From positions 107,136,001-107,200,000 of the forward strand of contig NC_042999.1 of NCBI RefSeq assembly GCF_006345805.1: a stretch of DNA of 64,000 nucleotides, given 5' to 3'. How positions within the stretch are numbered: the stretch's first letter is position 1; each line of letters starts with the position of its first letter. The position numbers and the translations under genes were made by a program. Below are positions 1-10,576 of this stretch, piece by piece. The notes under the pieces were generated by a model that did not search any database, was not told the DNA's origin, and saw nothing but the letters and a program-made list of their open reading frames with translations. The stretch is from Octopus sinensis. Its lineage: Eukaryota.

Positions 1-303
1 AATTTAAAAACCGATAATTGTTTTCAAATAAATGCAAACATGAACTGCAAAACAAGAAATCTATTACATTGCATAACCTGTCACACCTGTAAAGACTTTA
101 CACCGGTTATATTAGAAGCTGCCCTTGTGAACGAGGAAGAACACATAAGCAGCAGACAAGTCAACAAGGATTACAGAGGATCTCATTGAGCATGCAAACT
201 CAAGATTTTCCCATTCTATAAATACCCAAGAGAAGATTCAAAATATCAGGAAGAAATGGAAAAACGATTTATCAAAGCATTTACACTGAAATTAAATGCA
301 TAA
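1..303 (+). mobile_element. Penelope-like element 3' end, frameshifted GIY-YIG endonuclease relic
   Basis: Frame 1 reads NLKTDNCFQINANMNCKTRNLLHCITCHTCKDF, then a frameshift gives YTG, later THKQQ and KIFPFYKYPREDSKYQEEMEKRFIKAFTLKLNA* (TAA 301-303). This matches the NC..NLIYCI.C..C...Y.G and E..FI..F...LN pattern of PLE GIY-YIG domains. Confidence 0.75.
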
Positions 304-948
304 AATCTCTCTTTATAGATACATGGAAAATTTTATAAAAGAATGACTTTTCGAGATACACCATATCAAGTTACTAATAGATGTTAATGGTGATGTCATT
401 ACAAAAAAGAATACTGAAAAATACTTAAACAATCATCACACAAGTGTTTGTTAAAACAAATGCATACACATACAAGTGTATATAAAAACCCATTCACATA
501 TCTTGAACAAAAACCAGTCAAATGTTTAATGACTTGCACAGATTATTGAAATTGATAAACAGTTAAACTTTACTGGACTAACTCATCATCAAAACAAACA
601 TCCCAGAAATCTTTTCAGCTTACAATTCTTTATATATAGTGTAACTAATAAACAGGTGGCCCTTTTGGACAAAGAAATCATCCAAATCTCTTCAAAAAGT
701 AACCCTACCTGAAAGTCACTTGTCCCTTGTTTAAATATTCACCAAATACACACACACACACATACACACATTATTATAGATTCAAAACAACAAAAGATGG
801 TAGGCCTAACTTCTTAGGAGAGCACTCCTAAAACCCATTAATTCTTTGTGCAATGGTCCAGACTCAAATTCATTATGAATATTCAAATTTCTGTCATTTT
901 CCAACAAACAGATAACATCACTCATGCATATATATATATATATATATA

Positions 949-1293
949 TGAAGGCGCATGGCTCAGTGGTTAGAGCGTCGAGCTTACGATCGTGAGGTTG
1001 TGAGCTCGAATCCCAGACCGGGCTGCGTGTTGTGTTCTCGTGCAAGGCACTTTATTTCACGTTGCTCCAGTTCACTCAGCTGTAGAAATGAGTTGCGACG
1101 TCACTGGTGCCAAGCTGTATCGACCTTTGTCTTTCCCTTGGATAACACTGGTGGCGTGGAGAGGGGAGGCTGGTATGCATGGGCGACTGCTGGCCTTCCA
1201 TAAAAACAACCTTGCCCAGACTTGTGTCTAGGAGGGTAACTTTCTAGGTGCAATCCCATGGTCATTCATGACCGAAGGGGGTCTTTACCCTTT
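949..1293 (+). mobile_element. tRNA-derived SINE, family B
   Basis: A-box-like TGGCTCAGTGG, B-box-like GCTCGAATCCC, and a central GGCACTTTATTTC...CACTCAGCTGTAGAAATGAG segment. A closely similar copy lies at 56092-56438 (-). Inserted in a (TA)n tract. Confidence 0.85.
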
Positions 1294-1397
1294 TATATAT
1301 ATATACACATACATACATACGTACATACATACGTACATACATACACACGTACATACATATATTGATAGAAATAGTAAGACAACAAAAGAATGAATGT

Positions 1398-1541
1398 TAC
1401 AAGCTAGCCAACTAGTCCCTTTGTTATCACCCAACCTGCTAAATATAGTACCAATCTTGATTATATTAAAATAGATAGGCTGTCTCAATATATTCACAAA
1501 ATGAAGACAATCAATAAACAATGTAATCCCTAATATACAAA
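1398..1541 (-). repeat. ~145-bp segment duplicated in inverted orientation at 3021-3164
   Basis: The reverse complement is about 90% identical by eye to 3021-3164. ORFs 1285..1548(-) and 3014..3241(+) share TLFIDCLHFVNILRQP...DNKGTSWLAC. Confidence 0.9.
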
Positions 1542-1560
1542 TTGTCACATATTACATTTA

Positions 1561-1593
1561 CATATATATATACATATACATACATATACATAC

Positions 1594-1655
<62 letters not shown>

Positions 1656-1665
1656 TATATATATA
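1561..1665. repeat. (TA)n / (TACATA)n microsatellite
   Basis: Read directly from the sequence. Confidence 0.95.
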
Positions 1666-4298
1666 AAGTAATATACACAATAATTTTCAATTTCTAAAAA
1701 AATCCATGAGAAATAAAAGCAGTAAAAGAGTATAAGTAATAAAAAAAATATTCTGTCAGCTTCTAGTTATTTTCTTGTTTTATTCTTTTATCAATATATA
1801 AAATCTGTACACTACTACAAACATGCTATACATATGTGGGTGGACATACAGATACACACACACATATATATATGATTCAATTTAATATATTCCTAAAGTC
1901 ACAATGAAATGCAAGCAATTTGTTTCCTTTACTATCTCAGTCATTCACACAGCTCAGCTTATAAAGGTTTCAATCCACAGAGCATATAATAGTTTCAAAC
2001 TACATCAATCTGCCAAGATTCAATTTGAGTGCATGCAAATTTTATGAGTGCTTCCCCTTCATTTCTTACTAAATAATAATAATAACAACAACAACAACAA
2101 TAATAATAATAATGATAAAAGGATTTTTTTTTTCTTATGAATCAATTGATGTTAATAGATTTGCTTAAGAACACAAAAGCTACTTTGGAAAATGCACCCA
2201 CAACAGGCCATGAACATGCTGTCTGGTACGTCAGCCCATTTTTCAGTTAGCTGCAAACAATGACAAATAAAACTTATACATCTTGACTTCTGACAGATAA
2301 TGGATTTAAGATACATGTATAATCTACATTTTCTGTCATTTTCTCTGATGTCTTTGAAGCTTTGACCAAAGTATTATTAGAATGAGAAGTAGCCAACCAT
2401 ATTAAGTCTGTAATGCCTGTAATTCTTTCACATCTCTTCTGAATCATCAGCTGTGACAATTGGCTGCTAGTAATTCAGAAGAGACATGAAAGCATTAACA
2501 ATATTAACGATTTGATATACTTGGTTTGATCTCAAACTAATAATCTTATGTATCAGCGTATATACCAGTATATGATGCCTGAAAACAAATATATTTGTCT
2601 TCAGATATACAGGAATTGTTACGTTAACTTCAGTTTGGTGTTTGGTTTTGCTTCAAGAAAATGGTCATTTATTAAAATTCCTCCTAAACAGACTTCTTAA
2701 ATTTGAAAGATAAAAACATTTCAAAGGGAGTATTTTGGTTTCTTTTTTTTTTTTTTGTTCAAGTACAGCAAAAGTACATACATCTGAGTTAATAGTGTGG
2801 GTACTGTCACAATTCGCCAATAAATTGTCATTTCAGATTGTATCATCAGTAATATGTCTCTATGACATAGGCACTTAGCTCTCTATGGCTGAGTACGCTT
2901 GCTTTATGAAGTATCATAGTTAGTTGCTGTTGTTTTGTTATTGTTGTTGTTTAGCCCTAGGCTATCTGTGATCAAGTAGACCTATAACCAAAAGTGTTTC
3001 AACAATAACTGTCATGTTCTTTTGTATATTAGGGCTTACATTGTTTATTGATTGCCTTCATTTTGTGAATATATTGAGACAGCCTATGTATTTTAATATA
3101 ACAAAGACCGCTACTATACTTAGCAGGTTGAGTGATAACAAAGGGACTAGCTGGCTAGCTTGTATCAAAATTGGTATAACTAAGTGCTGTGAGCAACAGT
3201 GCAGTGTAATTACTAAGCAATTTATTAGTTTGTTAGTTTAGAATGCAGGGATTAGATTTTCATATGAGAGATTCTTCTTCAATATTCTAACTATCCTCTG
3301 TTTAATGCTGCAGAAATCAAAGCTTAATCTCCAGCCCATGAATCAATGAGTCAACCCTTATGTGGTTACTTAACTTGCTAGAAATTGCAGCTGAATCTCT
3401 TTTCTTGCCGACTGGCATGAATCTTTCCCTGTTCCCTGTTATACTCCCTCCACCCCACCACCAATTAGTGCCTGTTCTACTACAATGTTACTTTCTCCTC
3501 TACTTCACAATCACAAAGATAAATCTGTTTATTTCATCTTATTTATCCTTACTCATCCCCTGCCTAGAATCATCATTTTCCTGTCTAATCTCCCTCAATT
3601 ACAGGGACCTAAAGTGGTCCCAATAACCTGTAAGTTATGAAGCAATCCTTACAAGTATTGATTCCACAATAATAGCACCCTGTATACTCTTTAAATAGAT
3701 AAATGTTAGGAAGGGCATCCAACCATAGAAACTATACTAAAGTATGCATTGGATCATGATACAGAACTCCAACTCATCAGATTTTCTCATACCATCAAAA
3801 CTATGACAGCATGAAAGGCACACATTAAATGATGATGAAGTGGGAGGAGGTGGAGAATCACAACTTAAAGTCAAATACGAAGACATCATACTGGTCAATA
3901 TAGTCCTATATATCATGATATACTCCCGGGGCTCCAGCTTGACCGAGTGGTAAGAAGTTCCCTTCAATCATGATAGCACATGTTTAATGCTGCTGCATGC
4001 CATATTGAGCAAGAGTCCTTTACCACGGCTTCAAGTCATCTCAAGTGTTGTGAGTAAAACTGGGTGGTTAAAAACTATGGAACCCCATCAGATACATTGT
4101 ACCTGCATTTCAAAGGTACAACCTTATCACACACAGCCTCATGTTGATTCTATTTAAGAATCATATCAAGTTTAGATGTGTCTGTGGAATATTCAGCCAC
4201 ATATTTTCTAACTTAATGAATAAGTAATTCAACTTATCAAACAGCTGAGCACTTGTCATTGAAACCAACAAAGATCCATTTAGCTATTTTCATTTATT

Positions 4299-4526
4299 TA
4301 TGCAGACATGGTTGTGAAGTAAGAAGTTTGTTTTCCAATCATATAACTCTAGGTTTGGTCTTACTGTGTGTCTACTATAGCCTCAAGCTGATCAAAGCCT
4401 TGTGACTGGATCGGGGAGTGGGAAGTAAACTTAATGTATGAAGTGGAAATTCATTTGACTAAAATTCTACAAGGTGGTGCTCCAGCATGGCTGCAGTCTA
4501 ATGACTGAAATAAGTAAAAATCAAAA
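4299..4526 (+). mobile_element. Internally deleted SINE, family A
   Basis: Degenerate head, ACTATAGCC...AAAGCCTTGTG core and GTGCTCCAGCATGG...ATGACTGAAA tail shared with 18192-18612. Confidence 0.6.
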
Positions 4527-4855
4527 GGTACCTAGGTTTAAACAATAATAACATTTATAGTGTCATTATATGACTTGGATTTTTTGTATTAGCATTGTGA
4601 CAGACAAGAAATTACATTAGCTTCTTACTGAATTCTCCACTCAAACTTAATTAATCCATTCTTCTGCTAGATTCTGGAAAGTAGATGAAAATGTTTAATC
4701 CACATGTTTATACATTAACTTATCTTAGTCACTTGGTCTTTCTGAAAGTACATTCCAATCATTCTATCTGCTAAACCCTTCCCTGCGTGCAAGATTTTAT
4801 CATCATTTGTTTTTTTTTTTCTCTTCTCATAGCTTTGCTTCTATTATGTAGTTAA

Positions 4856-5066
4856 TCCTTTTGTGATACCATATTTCTGTTGACATATATTACTTTATTT
4901 CTATTTGAAAGATGATGAAGAATTTAGTAAAAAAAACATTTTTTATAGATTTGACGCTAAACAAAATAACATGAAATTTTGATGCAAGGCTTAAGTTTAG
5001 ACTTTAAACCAAATAGATTGTATCATAGAACCAGGGCCAGTCTTAGGCAAGTTGGTATCAAAGAGG
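4856..5066. mobile_element. TTAA-flanked MITE (piggyBac-like)
   Basis: TTAA at 4852-4855 and 5067-5070. Imperfect TIRs CCTTTTGTGATACCA / TGGTATCAAAGAGG. Confidence 0.5.
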
Positions 5067-5150
5067 TTAAATAAGCTAAATTCTAATGCATTGAATTATT
5101 GTAGACAAAAAATTACTTCTAATTAAAACTTCTCCCTTATTTAGAGAAAG

Positions 5151-5645
5151 AAAAGTGAAATCAAAATCAAAATCAAATTTGATGACTGACATCCATGCTA
5201 GTGGAGCGCTAAGAGCACCATACAAGCATGATCATTGCCAGAGCAACAAGCTGGCCTCCGTGCCAATGGCACGTAAAAAGCACCATTCAAGAGTGATCAT
5301 TACCTGCGTCGCCTTACTGGCACTTGTTCTGGTGGCACGTGAAAAAACATTCAAGTGAGGTCGTTGTCAGTGCTGCTGGACTGGCTCCTGTGCAGGTGGC
5401 ACATAAAAAGCACCATTTGAGCATGGCCACTGCCAATACTGCCTGACTGGCCCTTGTGCCGGTGGCACGTAAAAGCACCCACTACACTCTGAGAGTGGTT
5501 GACATTAGGAAGGGCATCCAGCTGTAGAAACTCTACCAGATCAAGATTGGAGTCTGGTGCAGCCATCTGATTCACAAGGCCTCAGTCAAATCGTCCAGCC
5601 CATGCAAGCATGGAAAGCGGACGTTAATCGATGATGATGATGATG
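5151..5645 (+). mobile_element. 5'-truncated RTE 3'UTR copy (or RTE-tail SINE)
   Basis: (AAATC)n start, GGCACGTAAAAAGCACC minisatellite, AGGAAGGGCATCCAGCTGTAGAAAC and GCATGGAAAGCGGACGTT..(GAT)n tail, as in the 3' ends of the RTE copies at 41200-41730 and 63310-63769. Confidence 0.85.
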
Positions 5646-8309
5646 AAAAGGAAATCCTAGAAGAAAGCGATAGCAACTCATTGAAAAAGGGAGATAATTT
5701 CAAGTACTCAACTTTCAAAGTTAACTTAGATACATAGGGCTTAGAAGAAAATAAGTCTTTGTTTACAGGCAAGCTAATGTATAAGTTACAGCATGCTGTA
5801 TACAAAAATTTCCTAACTGAAAATGCTTATTTATATGATGAAAGAAAACAAAGCTCTAATGGCAACTAAGTTTAGTTTGCTGGCTCACTGCCCAGCCCTC
5901 CAGCTACTGATGAAGGTATACTTTTCCAAATGAGTAAGAAACTTGAACTCAGCATTTCAAGTTAATCAGCATTGAAATCTCTCAACAATTATACAGCAGT
6001 AATCTCCTATTTTCCCTTACAAGTTACATCTGCTTTTGGTAAGTTGAATATAGCTATTATATACTATGTTGTATAGAAATGAACACAACACAATGTAAGA
6101 AGCACAAGCTAAAGGAAGAACTTCTTCATAGTCAATCAAGATGCCAGAAATAGCAAGTAAGTTCTCTCAGTTATCAAAATTCAAAATCAGAATATATGTA
6201 ATCAATTATTATAATTTACCTCTCTAATAGTTTGCAAATTGGCAGAGCCAGAAGAACGTAGAACAAAATGATATGCAATTTTTACTTAAACTCTGTTCTC
6301 TGAATTCCAATATTGCCAAAGACATCTTTGTCTCTCAACCTTTTAGAGTTAATAAAATGAAGTGCCAGTCTCTGGTGATGGAATTGGTAGAATAAGTAGA
6401 GCCTGGTGGTATCTGTTCTGGTTTTTGGTGATCTGAATTCTTGGGTAGCAGGCTTCATCCTGTAACCAGTTTAACACCATTATCTGGCCTTTGGGTGTCT
6501 CTAATAAAGTTTACTCTACTGCATATTTTGAAATAAGAAGGAAACACTATAAATGTACTTAAAAAATAAAAACAATTTTAAAATAACAAGAGAGTCATTT
6601 ACAGCTGCTATGTCACTGATCAAGTCTTTGCAATCAGAGTCAAACTGGATCTAAACAAGAGCGATATAAACAGCTCTTTAAGCAATAGATTATAAACTGA
6701 AATGTTCAAATTCGATCACTGCCAATTGAGGAATAAACAAATAAATAAACATAAATTTTAAAAAATAGATAAATAGAATAGTTATGTCATCTTGCATGCA
6801 GTGTTAAATTTAACTTCCATCTTGATATTGTGGTAATAGAGACCACCCAATCTTGGATTGAAAATGACTGGTGCCTACTTCTATTTTACTTTAGTAATCT
6901 AAGAAAGATGTTTTAGCCTGCAGCAATTCCTGCACACCATCATCATTTTCAGTAATTTTCATACCATTTTTGCCTTCCTTTTTCTTTTAACCTTTTTAAC
7001 AGTTTTTTTCTTTATCTTTTTTATTTTTATTTATTTTTTTATTTGCTTAGTTGTTCATATATTTGTATGTACGTATGTATGTATGTATGTATGTATGTAT
7101 GTATGTATGTATTGTGTAAAAATCAATTTTAACAAAAGTATCTCTGTGTAGTATGGGAGTCATTTAGGCATTAATTCCAATCTCTGCAAGCACAGACATA
7201 AATATTCCACTATATCATATCATTAATCATCCTGATGTCACTACTGTCTCCTGGGTTTGTTACTATGACCAAGACTTTCTCTTTTTAGTATCAACAAAGC
7301 ACCAGATTGGGAAGTGTTATTTATTAAGAGATGTTATTAAGCCACCAACCCTTTCACTTGATGGCTACAATGCTTATGACAGCATTTAGTTTATCTTGCT
7401 TTCCTTGTTGTCTTCCTTATTCCTATAGTTCTTTAACACTTGGTTTGTATGGTATCACAGACCATCATGTCTCTCCATCACTTTGATAGATAAATTGTGG
7501 TTATTGATGTTGTTGTTCAGACATAGGTCAATCAACTCTGATTGAGCAAACTTACAGTCAAAGGCATTCCAACCATGACTACCAAGTCTTATTGGAGACA
7601 AGTATGACTATATTATCCAATGTGGCTATTCCTTTCTCAAGATGGCAGCTTTGATTTGCATGAGATTTGGTTGCTATTTTTAGCAGATTGTGTGACAATA
7701 TAGAGGCACATTCATTACTGTCTTTTTTTTTTGTTTTAGCTCCAAGTCTGTCCTACTCAAGCAGAACTATGATCAAAGGCATTCCATTCATAATCATAAT
7801 CTTATTCTTTTGTGCAAAGAACTCAAGACCATATTATCTTATGTCCTTTCCACAAAATTTTAGGGTGTAATTTGAGGGAAGTTTGACTGCTCTTTTTAGC
7901 TAGTTGAATGACCATGTACAAGCTCCCTGGTTAATTCATCTGGTAGATAAAACATCATTATCGTCATCTTTAAAGTCCATCTTCCATGTAGGCATGGGTT
8001 GGAAACCTAGAAAGCATTAATGTTTCTAATTAAGAGTCTATTATACTTACTCTTTACTTGTTTCCGTCATTAGATTGCACCCATGCTGGAGCACTGTCTT
8101 GAGGAAATTTAATCAAACAAATCGACCTCATTTATTTTTTTTTTGTAAGCCTGGTATTTAACTTTTTCGTCTCTTTTGCTGAACAAGGATGTAAACACAC
8201 CATCACTAGTTGTAAAGTGGTGGGGGGAAGCAGATAGAGATACAAAGACAGACAGACACACACACATAATACATACATACATATGTATACATAACCTCCA
8301 AAGAGAATT

Positions 8310-8697
8310 TGTGGCCAGTGCCCCTGGTTTTTGACCAGTACCCCCTGACAGGCTCCCATGTTCCAGTGGCACGTAAAATGCATCATCCGAATGTAAACAA
8401 TGCCAGTGTTCCCTGACTGGCTCCCGTGCCAGTGGCACATAAAAATCACCATCCAAACGTGATCGATGCCAGTGTCCCCTAACTGGCTCCTGTATCAGTG
8501 GCATGTAAAAAGCACCATCCAAACGGGATTGATGCCAGGACCGCCTGACTGGCTCCTGGTGGCATATAAAAAGCACCCACTACACTCTCGGAGTGGTTGG
8601 CATTAGGAAGGGCATCAAGCTGTAGAGACCTGTAGAAACGATCCAACCCAGGCCAGCATGGAAAACGGACGTTAAATTATGATGATGCGGATGATGA

Positions 8698-8700
<3 letters not shown>
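8310..8700 (+). mobile_element. RTE 3'UTR fragment with internal deletion
   Basis: Same minisatellite and (GAT)n tail motifs as the other RTE 3' ends. Confidence 0.85.
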
Positions 8701-8733
<33 letters not shown>

Positions 8734-8904
8734 TCATCATCATCCTCATCATCATAATTTAACGTCCGTTTTCCATGCTGGCCTGGGTTGGATCGTTTCT
8801 ACAGGTCTCTACAGCTTGATGCCCTTCCTAATGCCAACCACTCCGAGAGTGTAGTGGGTGCTTTTTACATGCCACCAGGAGCCAGTCAGGCGGTCCTGGC
8901 ATCA
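8530..8904. repeat. ~375-bp near-perfect palindrome centred on (TA)15
   Basis: 8530-8700 and 8731-8904 are reverse complements with 2 substitutions and one GAT unit difference by my count. Both arms carry the same variant TGTAGAGACCTGTAGAAACGATCC. Confidence 0.95.
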
Positions 8905-9267
8905 TATATATATATATATATATATATATTGGCCAGCTTGCCTACGAGCAGGGTGGCTCATTCAAAAGCCAAAACAAAGCAAAGGTCATTATCACCTATG
9001 ATGTATAACAACATTCAATAGTTTGGTCAATGCCATGATATATAAATATATATATATACATTCAATAAGAGGTTAAACTAGCCTCATTAAGGGATGGTAT
9101 TATCTAATGAATTACTGGTTCAACACCTAATATTTGTTGTGAATAATAATATTCATAAAACAATAGGTTTATATATAAGCCATTGTTTATAATCATTCAA
9201 AAGAAAATAAGTAAATGGGGATATAACATTTGATCAAAATTTATTATCTGCAAAAATCAAACATAGT

Positions 9268-9348
9268 CCCTTACAGCTGTTTCAATTAAGCCTAAATAGA
9301 TTAAATAGCAATTACTGAAATCATATTATGCAAAATCTCTTCAGAGGG
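9268..9348 (-). ncRNA. Minimal type I hammerhead ribozyme motif (Penelope-type)
   Basis: Minus strand reads CCCT-CTGAAGA-GATT...AATT-GAAAC-AGCT-GTA-AGGG. It has a 4-bp stem I, an intact core, a palindromic CAGCTG stem III and a GUA cleavage triplet. Confidence 0.7.
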
Positions 9349-10164
9349 GTAGAAAAAAGATATGCTGTTAGGTTATGTGTCGTAATTTAGAATCATCACA
9401 GCAGACTGAATATTATTTTATAGCTAATATTGTTATATGCCTGGGTTAGGGGGTTATAGGTTGTTTTAGTGGGTAATGGATATGTGAATATAATTAGAGT
9501 AATAATGGGAAAATAAATAGAGATTGGATAGTAAATTACAGTGAAGAAGAATATCATATGAATGAGGAGATAAAATAAATACATAGTAAGTTGTTTATAA
9601 AATTGAGAGAAACTTATATAAAAATAATACATTCATCTTTTAATTAGTACATATATATATATACATACATACACACACACATATATATATACACACACAC
9701 GCACATATATATATATATACATATATATAGATTTACACATCTAAATATAAATATATGCATATATATAAATATATATGCACCAATACACATATATACACTA
9801 ACAATAAATACAAACAGACATTCAAATATACTCACATACATGGAGCTATGTGTATGTGCACCAATACATGCAAAGAAATCATATAAAGACCCACACATAT
9901 ATATATGTATATACACATAGACATATATATTTATATATACACACATATACATACACACCCACGTGTCAATGCTTATATATATCATACATAACATAAAGCG
10001 TGTACACCCTTATATATATATATATATGCATATATACATGTATATACAGATAAGCAAGTAAGTACATAAATACGAATGATATGTACACACACACTCAAAA
10101 TATTATACACTCACCCCTAAAAAATAATATTATTGGTATGGACCACATATGTGATTATTTTCAT

Positions 10165-10196
<32 letters not shown>

Positions 10197-10220
10197 TATC
10201 AGAACATTTATAAAGAGAAA

Positions 10221-10268
10221 GTCTTACAGCTGTTTCCGGGATATTTTATATATCCCTTCATCAGAGAC
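10221..10268 (-). ncRNA. Minimal type I hammerhead ribozyme motif (Penelope-type)
   Basis: Minus strand reads GTCT-CTGATGA-A-GGGATAT-ATAAA-ATATCCC-G-GAAAC-AGCT-GTA-AGAC. It has a 4-bp stem I, a perfect 7-bp stem II flanked by an extra A and G, a palindromic stem III and a GUA triplet. Confidence 0.8.
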
Positions 10269-10576
10269 AGTATGAGAAAATGGTTAAGCAATAGTTATTC
10301 TAGAGAAGATATGAAATAGACAGTGAAGAGGGGGAATGAAAACAGGCATCTGTTTTCATTCTTGGTCAGCTTGGAGCTATAGTAAAAGATCCTAATCCAA
10401 AGTGCCATGCAGAGGGACTGAACCTAAAACCATATGGTTGCAAATCTTCATGCTGTGCAGCCACACCTGCACCATCTCTATTACATAGAGATTCTTCATA
10501 TCTTAAATTTATCATCCTTATAGTAATGTAGAATTTTCATGCACTTCATCATTATGGCACAAGGCCTGGTGGTTAA

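Noticed and set aside
949-1025. tRNA-like heads at 949, 29706, 45790-45856, 48385-48452 and 56365-56438 as tRNA genes
   Set aside because: They lack a complete acceptor stem and continue into SINE bodies.
2274-2459. 61-aa minus-strand ORF as a host exon
   Set aside because: No recognisable domain and only a weak donor site.
5646-5870. Protein-like plus-strand reading (EKEILEES...LYDERKQ) after the RTE tail, with an acceptor-like site near 5143
   Set aside because: It has an in-frame stop, is interrupted by a TE, and shows no homology I recognise.
5905-5955. CTGATGAAGG...GAAAC hammerhead-like string (similar strings at 33425, 2420-2450 minus, 6595-6655 minus, 520-570)
   Set aside because: Stem I pairing or core bases are missing. 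The 6595 case may be a decayed copy but cannot be supported.
9644-9994. Long ORFs rich in Y/I/C/V/M/H/T (also 22103-23789, 53292-55280)
   Set aside because: They are translations of TA, CA and TG microsatellites with no protein-like composition.
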